Assembly: GCA_963828735.1 (NCBI GenBank)
Contig: CAWHFW010000005.1
Coordinates: forward strand, 1,440,001 to 1,504,000
Source: an uncultured Gemmatimonadales bacterium
GTDB lineage: Bacteria; Gemmatimonadota; Gemmatimonadetes; Gemmatimonadales; GWC2-71-9
DNA: 64,000 nucleotides
Direction of reading: 5' to 3'
Each line of letters starts with the position of its first letter. Position 1 is the stretch's first letter. This document shows, piece by piece, positions 20,522 to 29,876 of this stretch. The translations under genes and the position numbers were made by a program. The notes under the pieces are model-generated. The model did no database searches, had not been told where the DNA came from, and saw nothing but the letters and a program-made list of their open reading frames with translations.

Positions 20522-21352
20522 ATGGGCGAAGGCACGCCTCCCCGCATCGATCGGGCGGCGCTGGAGCGGATCATCCAGCGCGCCGCGGAGCTGCAGACCT
20601 CCGAGCGCGACCTGGCGGACGAGCTTACCCCGGATCAGGTCCTCGCGCTTGGCCGCGAGGTGGGGATTCCCCAGCAGTACCTGCAACGCGCGCTGCTCGA
20701 GGAGCGCACGAGACTCGTCACGGTGGAACCCGCCGGCGGGTGGGAGCGGCTAGCAGGCCCCCCGCGGGTGATGGCCCAGCGCACCGTCCAGGGCGATGTG
20801 AGCTCGGCCGAAGCGGCGCTCGTCGAGTGGCTCGAGGAAAAGGAGCTCATGTGCGTCCAGCGGCGACAACCCGGGCGAATTACCTGGGAGCCGTTGGGCG
20901 GCATGGCGGCGGCATTGCGACGCTCGACCGCGGCGTTCAGCCGCGGCAGCGCCGCGCTGTTGCTGAGCCGGGCCGACACCGTGTCGGCCACGGTGATCGC
21001 GTTGGAGCCGGGGTGGTGTCACGTGGGCCTCACCGCGGAGGCGAGGAAGGCCCGCGCCGAGTACGTCGGCGGCGGCGCCGCGCTCGCGGGGGCCGGTGTG
21101 CTCGGTGCGGGGCTGATGGTGGTGCTCGGCGCGCTCCTCCCGGTGGCACTCCTCCCGGTGCCCGTGGCGCTGGGTGTCGGCTACGGCGTCGCGCGCCAGT
21201 ACCGGCCCGCGCTCGCCCGGCTGCAGCTCGGACTCGAGCGTGCGCTCGACAATCTCGAACAGCACGGGACGCCCAGGCAGCATCGCCTGCCGGGTCGCTC
21301 GCCCGGGCTGCTGGGAATGCTCGCGGAGGAGATCAGGCGGTCGTTGCGGTAG
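20522..21352 (+). CDS. Hypothetical membrane protein
   Basis: N-terminal RIIQRAAELQ...LGREVGIP helical motif; C-terminal hydrophobic hairpin; 1 nt after slipin stop. Confidence 0.75.
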   Translation: MGEGTPPRIDRAALERIIQRAAELQTSERDLADELTPDQVLALGREVGIPQQYLQRALLEERTRLVTVEPAGGWERLAGPPRVMAQRTVQGDVSSAEAALVEWLEEKELMCVQRRQPGRITWEPLGGMAAALRRSTAAFSRGSAALLLSRADTVSATVIALEPGWCHVGLTAEARKARAEYVGGGAALAGAGVLGAGLMVVLGALLPVALLPVPVALGVGYGVARQYRPALARLQLGLERALDNLEQHGTPRQHRLPGRSPGLLGMLAEEIRRSLR

Positions 21353-21439
21353 GTCCGTCGATCGCGCGATGCCCCGAACCCGCGCCGGAGCCGGGATCCG
21401 GACCAGCGCCCGATTCCACCCCGAGCACGGTGACTCCGC

Positions 21440-22327
21440 ATGACCGAGATCTTCCGCATCGGCGTCCTGGGCTGTGGCCAGATGGGCAGCGGCATCGCGC
21501 AGGTTGCCGCCATGGCCGGGCTCTCAACCGTGGCGCGCGACCTGGAGGCCGGCCTGCTCGCCAAGGGCGAGCGCGCCATCCAGCAATCGCTCGATAAGCT
21601 GGTCGAGAAGGGGAAGCTCGATCCGGCGGCACGAGCGTCCGCGCTCGCGCGCCTCTCCTTCACGATCCACCTGTCCGACCTGGCCGACTGCGACCTGGTC
21701 ATCGAGGCGGTCACCGAGAGCCTCGAGCTCAAGAACGAGCTGTGGCGCGCCCTCGATTCCGTTTGCCGGCCGGAGACGATCTTCGCCTCCAACACCTCGA
21801 GTCTTTCGATCGGCGACATGGCGGCGTCCACCGGGAGGCCCGACCGGTTCGTGGGCCTCCACTTCTTCAATCCGGTGCCGCTCATGCCACTGGTCGAGGT
21901 GGTACGGGCCGTGGCGACGTCCGCCTCGACCTTGGAGGCCGCCATGACCTTCAGCAGGCGGCTCGGCAAGGAGCCGATCGCCGCGCAGGACCGCTCGGGA
22001 TTCGTCGTGAACCGGCTGCTCGTCCCCTACCTGCTCGACGCCGCGCGAGCACGGGAATCCGGCCTCGCGTCCACCGCCGACATCGACCGCGGCATGCAGC
22101 TCGGCTGTGGCCATCCCATGGGCCCGCTCGCACTCCTGGACTTCGTGGGCCTCGACACCGTCGTCCGGATCGCGGAGATCATGTTCGAGGAGTTCCGCGA
22201 GCCCCGGATGGCGCCGCCACCCCTTCTCCGTCGCATGGTGACCGCGGGCCTGCATGGCCGGAAATCCGGTCGGGGGTTTTATGATTATTCGACCAATCCC
22301 CCCACCCCCATCGATCTGGGACTCTGA
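21440..22327 (+). CDS. hbd: 3-hydroxybutyryl-CoA dehydrogenase
   Basis: GCGQMGSGIA, VIEAVTE, ASNTSS, GLHFFNPVP, GFVVNRLL, GHPMGP, GRKSGRGFY. Confidence 0.92.
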   Translation: MTEIFRIGVLGCGQMGSGIAQVAAMAGLSTVARDLEAGLLAKGERAIQQSLDKLVEKGKLDPAARASALARLSFTIHLSDLADCDLVIEAVTESLELKNELWRALDSVCRPETIFASNTSSLSIGDMAASTGRPDRFVGLHFFNPVPLMPLVEVVRAVATSASTLEAAMTFSRRLGKEPIAAQDRSGFVVNRLLVPYLLDAARARESGLASTADIDRGMQLGCGHPMGPLALLDFVGLDTVVRIAEIMFEEFREPRMAPPPLLRRMVTAGLHGRKSGRGFYDYSTNPPTPIDLGL

Positions 22328-22336
22328 GGAGACCTG

Positions 22337-22978
22337 ATGCTCGGCTACGACTGGCCCCGGCTCCATGCCGCCCTCAACGACCTTCCGGCCGCGCTGCTGC
22401 TCGTGTCGGTGCTGTTCGAGCTGACGAGCCTCATCCTGCGCAAGCCGGCGCTCAGGGTGGTGGGGTTCTGGACGCTCGTCATCGGCGCGATCGGGGGCGC
22501 CCTGGCCGTGATCTCCGGGCTTCAGGCCGAAGAGCACATCGACCATGGCGAGGCCGTGCATCGGGCCATGGAGACCCACGAGAAGCTCGCCCTCATCACG
22601 CTCGGCATCTTCGCGGTCGTTGCGATCTGGCGAATTCTGAGAGAGACCCGGATGGCCGGAGCCGAGCGAGCGCTGGTCCTCGCCCTCTCGCTCGGCGGCA
22701 CGGGATTCCTGCTGGCGACCGCGTCGTACGGCGGGCGGCTGGTCTTCGACCACGCGGCCGGGATCCGGACTCCGGTGCTCGAGGAGGAATTGCACGAGCG
22801 CGCCGAGGGCCACCACCATCATGGAGGCGAAGGCGAGGAAGGCGAGGATCACGACCACGATGCGCCGGCCGCCACCACGGATTCTGCCACTGCCCCGGCC
22901 GGGGGAATGACGGATTCGGCCGAGTCCGCCGGCCACACGCATACGCACGCCCCTGGCACTCCGCCGCACAAGGACTGA
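22337..22978 (+). CDS. DUF2231-like membrane protein with His/acidic C-terminal tail
   Basis: LHAALNDLP, four TM helices, GGRLVFDH; tail HHHHGGEGEEGEDHDHD...HTHTH. Confidence 0.8.
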   Translation: MLGYDWPRLHAALNDLPAALLLVSVLFELTSLILRKPALRVVGFWTLVIGAIGGALAVISGLQAEEHIDHGEAVHRAMETHEKLALITLGIFAVVAIWRILRETRMAGAERALVLALSLGGTGFLLATASYGGRLVFDHAAGIRTPVLEEELHERAEGHHHHGGEGEEGEDHDHDAPAATTDSATAPAGGMTDSAESAGHTHTHAPGTPPHKD

Positions 22979-22982
22979 CGGC

Positions 22983-23546
22983 ATGCGCCGGCTGTGCTGC
23001 CTGGCCGCAATCGTCCTGCTGGGGTGTCAGCCCACCTCGTCGCGTCCTCCGTTCCCACCTGTGCCGGAAGCCGCCTCGACGGAGATCCGGCTCTCGCCCG
23101 GCGACGCCACCCGCCTGCTCGCGGAGGCGCTGCGCGAGGATTCGATCCCCCCCAAGCGGGTCGAGCTGCACGACACGTGGCTGGAGTCGAGCTGGTTCGA
23201 CCCCGCGACCGGCCACGACGTCAAGCATCGTCCGGTCGGGCTGAACGTCGTGCGGGTGCGCGCGTGGGCGGATCCGACCCGGCCCGGCAGCAGCAAGGTG
23301 ACGGTGGAGACGGTCTATCGCCCGGTCGCCGATCCCTCGCTGCCCCAACGCGACCTGGACCGCCAAGTGCCGCGCGATCATCCGGTGGCCATCAAGGTGC
23401 GCGCGACCCTGCAGGACCTGGTCAAACGCTACGGCGGTCCGCCTCCGCCACCCGCGGCGGCCGGTCAGCCGCCCGCGGAGGAGAGTGAGCCTGCGCCGCC
23501 TGAGGACACCGAGGAAGAAGCGCCCTCGGACCAGCCGCAGAGCTGA
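22983..23546 (+). CDS. Hypothetical lipoprotein
   Basis: Lipobox VLLGC; Pro/acidic C-terminus. Confidence 0.7.
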   Translation: MRRLCCLAAIVLLGCQPTSSRPPFPPVPEAASTEIRLSPGDATRLLAEALREDSIPPKRVELHDTWLESSWFDPATGHDVKHRPVGLNVVRVRAWADPTRPGSSKVTVETVYRPVADPSLPQRDLDRQVPRDHPVAIKVRATLQDLVKRYGGPPPPPAAAGQPPAEESEPAPPEDTEEEAPSDQPQS

Positions 23547-23596
23547 GCGGCTGCGACTCGCGCCCCACGACGGGCGAAGGCGATACCATGACGCGA

Positions 23597-23630
23597 AACG
23601 GGGAGCAGGCTCGAAGGCCTGCTCCCCGTT
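23597..23630. terminator. Bidirectional terminator-like hairpin between convergent genes
   Basis: Perfect 14-bp stem AACGGGGAGCAGGC / GCCTGCTCCCCGTT, 6-nt loop. Confidence 0.7.
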
Positions 23631-23651
23631 CGTCTCTCCGTAGCCGCGATC

Positions 23652-24446
23652 TCAAATCACGTAAGCCTGGACCCACTCCTCCAGCTGCCGCAGGTTGAGC
23701 AGAGCGTCCTTGCACGGCCCCGATGGGAGAGTCATCGTGAGACCGAGCACGGGAATCTTTCCTGCTACGTCGTGCAGACCGCTCACCATGTCACGCTCGC
23801 ACGCCACCGCGACGACGGCCCGCGGACGGCGCTCCCGAATGACCCTGCGGGCCAGCTGGCCACGCGTCGCCACGAACACCGGCACGCCGTACTTGCCCGC
23901 GATCCCCAGCACACCATCCAGCGTCTCTTTCGACAGGCAGCGCGGGATCAGCAGCAGGAGCTCCCCTTTGCCCACCTTGCGCCCACGAAGCAGCGCCAGC
24001 GCGTTGTAGACCTTGACCGACGCGTTTTCCACCCAGTCGCGCCGCCCGAATCGATCGGCGACGCGCGAGGTGAGGCTCATCAGCCGAAGGAACGGGCCGC
24101 GTTCCGCCAATCGCTCGGGCAGGAGCGGCCGCTTCGCCGCATAGGAGAGGAAAAGGACGCCCCACCACACCCAGAGGAGGACGGCGGCAGCTCCGAGCGC
24201 GGTCCAGAGCACGGACGGAATCGAGCTCTGGAGCTCCCCGAGACGCGGACCCAGCAGGTAGAGAACGAGAGCCACGACCGCCAGTCCCGCCGCGAGCGCC
24301 ACGCCCGACCAGACGAAGAACAGGACCGGCGAGGAGTCGTAGTTGCCCTGATTGGGCAGGGGCTTGCCGTCCCACTCGTCCCACTCGTGGCCGAGGCGAC
24401 GGTCAACGTCGATATGGATCAGTTGTGCGCGGGCAGGCTCCGGCAT
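23652..24446 (-). CDS. DUF116 family membrane protein
   Basis: Two TM helices then LLLIPRCL, VATRGQLARR, VAVACERDM.SG, GPCKD. Confidence 0.85.
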   Translation of the reverse strand: MPEPARAQLIHIDVDRRLGHEWDEWDGKPLPNQGNYDSSPVLFFVWSGVALAAGLAVVALVLYLLGPRLGELQSSIPSVLWTALGAAAVLLWVWWGVLFLSYAAKRPLLPERLAERGPFLRLMSLTSRVADRFGRRDWVENASVKVYNALALLRGRKVGKGELLLLIPRCLSKETLDGVLGIAGKYGVPVFVATRGQLARRVIRERRPRAVVAVACERDMVSGLHDVAGKIPVLGLTMTLPSGPCKDALLNLRQLEEWVQAYVI

Positions 24447-24531
24447 ACCGGGAGAAGATACTCCCCGGTGAGAGGTCACTGCAACATTCGGCGGGGGCGC
24501 CTCCCTGGTACCCGTGAGCCGAGAACTCACC

Positions 24532-24807
24532 TCATCTGGCCTTGCGCAGCTTCGGAACGACCCACAGGAGCAGCAACGCGCCCAACACTCCGAGGACGAT
24601 CCCGCCCACACCGGATACGTGCAACAACCTGCCCAGCAGCCCCCCGACGAAGGACCCTCCGATCCCCAAGAGGATGGTCATGCCGGCGCTCATCGGATTC
24701 GGACCCGGCATCAGCGCCCGAGCGAGCAGGCCGACGATCCCTCCCACAGCCACCATCACGAGCAGAACGACGACGATCCCCATGGTGGTGCCTACTGCCG
24801 TGCCCAT
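24532..24807 (-). CDS. GlsB/YeaQ/YmgE (transglycosylase-associated) membrane protein
   Basis: GGIVGLLARALMPG, TILLGIGGSFVGGLLG, VLGALLLLW. Confidence 0.85.
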   Translation of the reverse strand: MGTAVGTTMGIVVVLLVMVAVGGIVGLLARALMPGPNPMSAGMTILLGIGGSFVGGLLGRLLHVSGVGGIVLGVLGALLLLWVVPKLRKAR

Positions 24808-24971
24808 AGACGCGCCTCTCTCGATCGGGGCAGTTCTGGCCTTCGATTGAACAGGCGCTCGCTGCCGAGCCATTCGTCGGTCCTTCCAAACACGACTGCC
24901 CCGGCTTCGGCCGCAACTGAACTTTGGTACAAGTCCGCCGACCTGCCGCAACGTCGGGTTACCTTTGCTCC

Positions 24972-26582
24972 ATGCTGCCTCCTCCGCCGATACGCGGCAT
25001 CTTCCGGACGGATCACCGCGCGCGGGCCGCATATGCCGAAGGCGCCGGCATCTTCCGGATCCTACCGGCCGCCGTGTGCGTGCCGCAGGACCGCGAGGAC
25101 CTCGCCTCGCTGGCGCACTGGGCGTCGGCGCACCGGGTCGCGCTCGTGGCGCGCGGCGCCGGCAGCGCCATGGGAGGCGGGAACGTGGGCGACGGCGTGA
25201 TTGTCGACCTGACCGCGTTGCCCCGGCGGGTGGAGGTCGACGGGCCCGCGCGCCGCGCAAAGGCCAGCGCAAGCGTCACCCTCGCCGACCTCAACGTCGC
25301 CGCCGACCGGGCCACGCTTCGTCTGCCGCCCGATCCGTCCAGCGCCCGGTGGGCGACCCTCGGGGGCATCGTGTCCACCAACGCCGCCGGCGCCCGCACG
25401 GTCCGCTACGGCAGCGTGCGCCGCTGGGTGGAGGCGCTCGAGCTCGTGACCGCCGACGGCGAAGTCACCGACCTCCGTCGCGGCCGGCCGCCGGCGCAGC
25501 GCACGCTGGCGCTCGAGCGGTTCGAGGCCGATGCGGCGCCCGCCATCCGCGCCGCCGCCGAGCAGGTACGCGCGCGCTTCCCCCATACCCGGAAGAACTC
25601 CTCGGGCTACGCGTTGGACGCGTGGCTCGAGACGGGCGACCTCGTCGACCTTCTCATCGGCGCCGAGGGGACACTCGGCCTCGTCACCTCGACCGAGTGG
25701 CGGCTCGACGCGCTGCCCGCGGCGCGGGCAGGCCTCAAAGTCGCGCTCCGGACGCTCGACGCCCTGGGCGATGCCGTCACCGCGCTGCTCGCGCACGACC
25801 CGTCGGCCGTCGAGCTGCTGGACCGGACCTTCCTCGAGCTCGTCGGCGAGGTCGGCCCCGAAGCCGTGCTGCTGGTGGAGATGGAGCGGGAGGACCAGCA
25901 GGAGGCGCGAGCCGCGGTCGAGCGCGCCGCAGAGGCCGTGGAACCCTGGGCCGCCGGCATCGATACCGGCCTCACGCCGGCCGCGTCCGAGCGGCTGTGG
26001 TCACTCCGCCACGCCGCGAGCCCGATCCTCGCGGGCCTCCCCGAGACGCGTCGCTCCCTGCAGGTCATCGAGGACGGCTGCGTGCCGGTGGATCGCCTGG
26101 CCGACTACGTCCGCGTCGTCCGTGAGGCGGCGGCCGAGCGGGACCTCGCGGTGGTGATCTTCGGCCACGCAGGCGATGGTCACGTCCACGTGAACCTGCT
26201 GCCCGAGGTCGGGCGGCCTGGATGGGAGGACAGTGTGGCCTCCTTGCTCCAGGCGGTCACGGATGCGCTCGTCCGGCTGGGCGGCACCCCGTCGGGCGAA
26301 CACGGCGACGGCCGGCTCAGGGCCAGCCTGCTCGGCCGGGTGTACGGCGACGACATCGTCGACCTCTTCGCCCGGGTGAAGCGCGCCTTCGATCCCCTGG
26401 GAATCCTCAATCCAGGCGTTATCCTTCCGTCCGGCGAGCCGCCGATCGGTCGTCTCAAGGTCGGTACGCACGCCATCGCACTTCCCGACGACATCGCCCG
26501 CGCGCTCCGGCGCATCGAGCAGCGCGGTGGATACGCGCAGAGCCGCCTCGAGCTGGCGGACAACGACCGTCGTGAATCGTGA
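24972..26582 (+). CDS. FAD-binding oxidoreductase (GlcD/D-lactate dehydrogenase-like)
   Basis: RGAGSAMGG, PDPSS..ATLGG..STNAAG, GAEGTLG, GHAGDGHVH, SGEHGDG, FDPLGILNPG. Confidence 0.9.
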   Translation: MLPPPPIRGIFRTDHRARAAYAEGAGIFRILPAAVCVPQDREDLASLAHWASAHRVALVARGAGSAMGGGNVGDGVIVDLTALPRRVEVDGPARRAKASASVTLADLNVAADRATLRLPPDPSSARWATLGGIVSTNAAGARTVRYGSVRRWVEALELVTADGEVTDLRRGRPPAQRTLALERFEADAAPAIRAAAEQVRARFPHTRKNSSGYALDAWLETGDLVDLLIGAEGTLGLVTSTEWRLDALPAARAGLKVALRTLDALGDAVTALLAHDPSAVELLDRTFLELVGEVGPEAVLLVEMEREDQQEARAAVERAAEAVEPWAAGIDTGLTPAASERLWSLRHAASPILAGLPETRRSLQVIEDGCVPVDRLADYVRVVREAAAERDLAVVIFGHAGDGHVHVNLLPEVGRPGWEDSVASLLQAVTDALVRLGGTPSGEHGDGRLRASLLGRVYGDDIVDLFARVKRAFDPLGILNPGVILPSGEPPIGRLKVGTHAIALPDDIARALRRIEQRGGYAQSRLELADNDRRES

Positions 26583-26623
26583 GCCTGGGACCCACGGCCC
26601 GACTCCCGACTCACGCCTTACGA
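26569..26623. repeat. Degenerate heptamer-built inverted repeat
   Basis: GTCGTGAATCGTGAGCCTGGGA ... TCCCGACTCACGCCTTACGAC; similar to 40094-40135. Confidence 0.4.
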
Positions 26624-26633
26624 CACCATTCCC

Positions 26634-27386
26634 ATGGACATCTTCCGCGAGCCCCGCGTCACCCTCATCGCCCGGCCCCAATTCCTGGAGCCCGCCCACC
26701 TCCCCATCCAGTGGAAGGGCGAGTCGAGCGACGGCGAGCGCATCGCCGAGTTTGCCGGGCGGCTGTGCTACATGAGCCAGCACAACCCGGCGGGCCGCTC
26801 GACGGCCGAGTACCTGCGCAACATCCTGCGGCAGGGTCACGGCTCGGTGTTCGAGCACAGCACGTACGTCATGCTTATCGAGGGGATCTCACGCAGCTGC
26901 AGCCACGAGCTGGTGCGACACCGGGCGGGGTGGGGCTACTCGCAGCTGTCCCAGCGGTACGTCGACGAGTCGCACGCCGCGTTCGTCATGCCCCCGGCGA
27001 TCCAGGGCGACGCGGCACTGGAGGCCGCCTGGACCCGGCAGGTCGAGGCCGCGCAGGCCGCTTATGTCACCGCGGTCGAGCACCTCATGGCGCGGTATGA
27101 GTGGGTGGAGGACCGCGTGCACCGTCGGAAGCTGGCCCGCGAGGCTGCGCGCAGCGTCCTTCCCAACGCGACCGAGGTGAAGATCGTGGCGAGCGCGAAC
27201 GTCCGCGCCTGGCGGACGATGCTGGAGCTCCGTCTCGGCGAGGGCGCGGAGCTGGAGATCCGCCGCATGGCCGTCGCGTGCCTCCGGACGCTCCAGCGCG
27301 AGGCGGCGGCGCTGTTCGGCGATTTCGAGATCTACTCCTCGAGCGACGGGAGCGAGGCCGGACGCGTGGGATTTCACAAGGTGTGA
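26634..27386 (+). CDS. thyX: FAD-dependent thymidylate synthase
   Basis: AGRLCY, GHGSVFEH, SHELVRHR..GYSQLSQRYV, AREAARSVLPNAT, N.RAWR, EIRR. Confidence 0.95.
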   Translation: MDIFREPRVTLIARPQFLEPAHLPIQWKGESSDGERIAEFAGRLCYMSQHNPAGRSTAEYLRNILRQGHGSVFEHSTYVMLIEGISRSCSHELVRHRAGWGYSQLSQRYVDESHAAFVMPPAIQGDAALEAAWTRQVEAAQAAYVTAVEHLMARYEWVEDRVHRRKLAREAARSVLPNATEVKIVASANVRAWRTMLELRLGEGAELEIRRMAVACLRTLQREAAALFGDFEIYSSSDGSEAGRVGFHKV

Positions 27387-27454
27387 GGCGTTTTGAGAGG
27401 GCGGCGATGGCGAAGGCGCGGGGCTCGATCATGGCCCCATCCGGCTGAACGTCA

Positions 27455-27543
27455 CGTCCTCCCGAGCGAAGCGAGGGATCCTGTCGACGAATGGTCGAGC
27501 CATTCCGCCGCGAGGTCCCTCGAACATTTTCCCTCTCGGGGAG
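27455..27543. repeat. Degenerate REP-like palindromic element (copy 2)
   Basis: CCCGAGCGAAGCGAGGGATCCT ... AGGTCCCTCG...CTCGGG; core identical to 4664-4678. Confidence 0.5.
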
Positions 27544-27660
27544 CGCATTTCCCTCGTACATCCCGATGCGCGTCTCGTCCGCACCGTCGCCATCGCCTGC
27601 TTCATCGCGCCGTCGTCCTCGGTGTCTCGAAACTCGTGGCATGAATTCTGGTAAAAACTA

Positions 27661-27689
27661 TTGTGCGACCGAACCCTTTTCCTTACTTT
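27661..27689 (+). promoter_or_regulatory. sigma70-type promoter of ATP-grasp/GNAT/KamA operon
   Basis: TTGTGC-N17-TACTTT in an AT-rich patch. Confidence 0.55.
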
Positions 27690-27717
27690 AGTTTCGTCGA
27701 AGTCTTCAAGTCGTTGC

Positions 27718-27745
27718 GGCTCGTCTCTCGCGGACGGCCTTTTTT
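27718..27745 (+). terminator. Terminator-like hairpin + U-tract in 5' leader (candidate attenuator)
   Basis: GGC(T)CGTC-TCTCGCG-GACGGCC-TTTTTT just before SD GAGGAG (27749-27754). Confidence 0.5.
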
Positions 27746-27759
27746 GTAGAGGAGATCCT

Positions 27760-28866
27760 TTGGCAGTTCGGATCGGACTCGCCTTCAATCTCAAACCCAG
27801 TGCGCCGGCGGATACCGCAGCCGGGGCCACGCTCGACTCCCCTCCTTCGGACGATCCCAACAGTCGGGCGCTCCGCGACGATCTCCCTCAACCCGATCTC
27901 TACGCCGAGTGGGACGAGCCCACCACCATCGATGCGGTGGAGCGCGCGCTCAGATCCGTCGGCCAGGTCTATCGGCTCGAGGCCAACGCCAGCTTCCCCG
28001 CGCGGCTCGCACTCATCCAGCCGGACTTCGTGTTCAACATCGCCGAAGGGCTCTACGGCCCGAACCGCGAAGGGCACGTCCCGGCCATCTGCGAGTTCCT
28101 CGGCATCCCATGCCACGCCTCGGATCCGCTGACCCTCGGCCTCGCGCTCGACAAGCGCCGCGCCAAGGAGGTCATGTCCTACCACGGCGTGCCCACGGCC
28201 CCGTTCGTTCTGGCCAGGAGTCCCGCCGACGCGCGGAACGTGCAGCTGCCCTTCCCCCTGTTCGTGAAGCCCGCGTTCGAAGGGTCGGGGAAGGGCGTGA
28301 GCGTCCGGAGCGTCTGCAAGACCCGGAGCCAGCTGGTCAAGCAGGTCTCCAAGCTCCTCGCCACCTACGCCGAGCCGGTGCTCATCGAGACCTACCTGCC
28401 TGGTCCCGAGTTCACGGTCGCGGTGCTCGGCAATGGCGACGAGGCTCGCTGCCTGCCCATCGTCGGCATGGACTTTGAAACGTTACCCAAGGGCGCGCCG
28501 CCCATCTACGGCTACGAAGCGAAGTGGCTGTGGGACTCGCCGGCGCATCCGCTGGAGATCTTCGACTGCCCGGCCCGCATTCCGGAATCGCTGGCCGAGG
28601 ACGTCCGCGCCGCCGCCCTGGCGGCCTATCGCGCGCTCGAATGCCGCGACTGGTGCCGCATCGACATCCGCTGCGACGCCGCCAATCGCCCGATGGTCGT
28701 CGAATTGAACCCGCTGCCGGGCATCCTGCCCGACCCGCGGGACAATTCCTGCTTCCCGAAGGCCGCTCGCGCCGCCGGGATGAGCTACGACGAGCTGATC
28801 CGTGAGGTCGCCGACGTCGCGTGGCGCCGGATCAGCGGCCGTTCACTCCTGGCGGAGGTGGCGTAA
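27760..28866 (+). CDS. D-Ala-D-Ala-ligase-like ATP-grasp protein 1
   Basis: TTG start after GAGGAG; VFNIAEG, LALDK, FVKPAFEGSGKGV, IETYLPGPEFTV, RIDIR, ELNPLPG. Confidence 0.88.
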   Translation: MAVRIGLAFNLKPSAPADTAAGATLDSPPSDDPNSRALRDDLPQPDLYAEWDEPTTIDAVERALRSVGQVYRLEANASFPARLALIQPDFVFNIAEGLYGPNREGHVPAICEFLGIPCHASDPLTLGLALDKRRAKEVMSYHGVPTAPFVLARSPADARNVQLPFPLFVKPAFEGSGKGVSVRSVCKTRSQLVKQVSKLLATYAEPVLIETYLPGPEFTVAVLGNGDEARCLPIVGMDFETLPKGAPPIYGYEAKWLWDSPAHPLEIFDCPARIPESLAEDVRAAALAAYRALECRDWCRIDIRCDAANRPMVVELNPLPGILPDPRDNSCFPKAARAAGMSYDELIREVADVAWRRISGRSLLAEVA

Positions 28867-29876
28867 TGAAGGTGGCGATCCTGTACGATGCCGGCAGCGA
28901 CGAGTGGAGCCCGCAGGACGTGGCGGCGGTCGTGGGCAACGTCCACGAGGTGCGCGACGTCCTCCGGCGCCGGGGGCACGAGGTCGAGCTGCTTCCCGTC
29001 CGCCTGGGCGACTTCCGCTGGCTGAGCCGGATTCGCCGTGTCGATCTGGTGTTCAACCTGTGCGAGGGCATCAACGGGCACGCCCGGTACGAGGAGATGG
29101 TGGTCGGCACGCTCGAGCTGGCCGGCGTACCGTTCACCGGCTGCCGGACGTGGCCCACCACCGTCTGTCACCGCAAGCACATCGCCAACACCCTCCTGTC
29201 GGCGGCCGGCCTTCCGGTGCCCGCCTTCATGCTGGCCCAGGCCAACAAGACGCCGGCGGAGTTTCCGCTCCCGGCCATCGTGAAGCCCTCCGCGGAGGAC
29301 GCGAGCGTCGGCATCGACAATGGGGCCGTCTGCACCTCGAAGCGCGCGCTCAAGAAGCGCGTGGCCCTCATGCTCGAGCAGTTCGAGGAGGTGCTGGTCC
29401 AGGAGTACGTGGCCGGCCGGGAGTTCAACGTCGGCTTCGTCGGCAAGCGGATGCTTCCGGTCGCCGAGATTCGCTTCGACGGCATGCCGGACGGGTCATG
29501 GCCCATCGTGGGCTACGCCGCCAAGTGGATTCCGGGGAGCCCCGAGGACGAGGGGACCCAGCCCGTGTGTCCCGCCGAGGTCCCGGCCGATCTGGCCAAA
29601 CGGCTCTGCGAAGTGGCGCGCGAGGCCTGGTTGCACATGTCGGGTGGCGAGGGCTACGGTCGAGTGGACCTCCGGGTCAACGGCGATGGGCAGCCCTACG
29701 TGCTCGAGGTAAACCCCTGTCCCGATCTCTCGAGCAACGCCGGCCTGGCCCGGATGGGCCGCGCGTTCGGCTGGAGCTACGACGACCTCGTCATGCAGAT
29801 CGTGGACGAGGCCCTCACGCGCTCGCAGAGCCACCGCGCGGCCGCCGCCCTCGTCAGCGGGGTGTCCGCCGCGTGA
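28866..29876 (+). CDS. D-Ala-D-Ala-ligase-like ATP-grasp protein 2
   Basis: TAATG overlap; VFNLCEG, IVKPSAEDASVGI, QEYVAGREFNV, GYGRVDLR, EVNPCPDL. Confidence 0.88.
   Translation: MKVAILYDAGSDEWSPQDVAAVVGNVHEVRDVLRRRGHEVELLPVRLGDFRWLSRIRRVDLVFNLCEGINGHARYEEMVVGTLELAGVPFTGCRTWPTTVCHRKHIANTLLSAAGLPVPAFMLAQANKTPAEFPLPAIVKPSAEDASVGIDNGAVCTSKRALKKRVALMLEQFEEVLVQEYVAGREFNVGFVGKRMLPVAEIRFDGMPDGSWPIVGYAAKWIPGSPEDEGTQPVCPAEVPADLAKRLCEVAREAWLHMSGGEGYGRVDLRVNGDGQPYVLEVNPCPDLSSNAGLARMGRAFGWSYDDLVMQIVDEALTRSQSHRAAAALVSGVSAA

Noticed and set aside
27641..27691. 16-aa uORF MNSGKNYCATEPFSLL as a leader peptide for the KamA operon
   Set aside because: It overlaps the predicted -35/-10 boxes, so it would not be on the transcript; no SD and no regulatory codon run.
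27760..29876. Housekeeping ddl assignment
   Set aside because: Not in a dcw cluster, and lacks the canonical GGxSxE and LHG N-terminal motifs of true Ddl.
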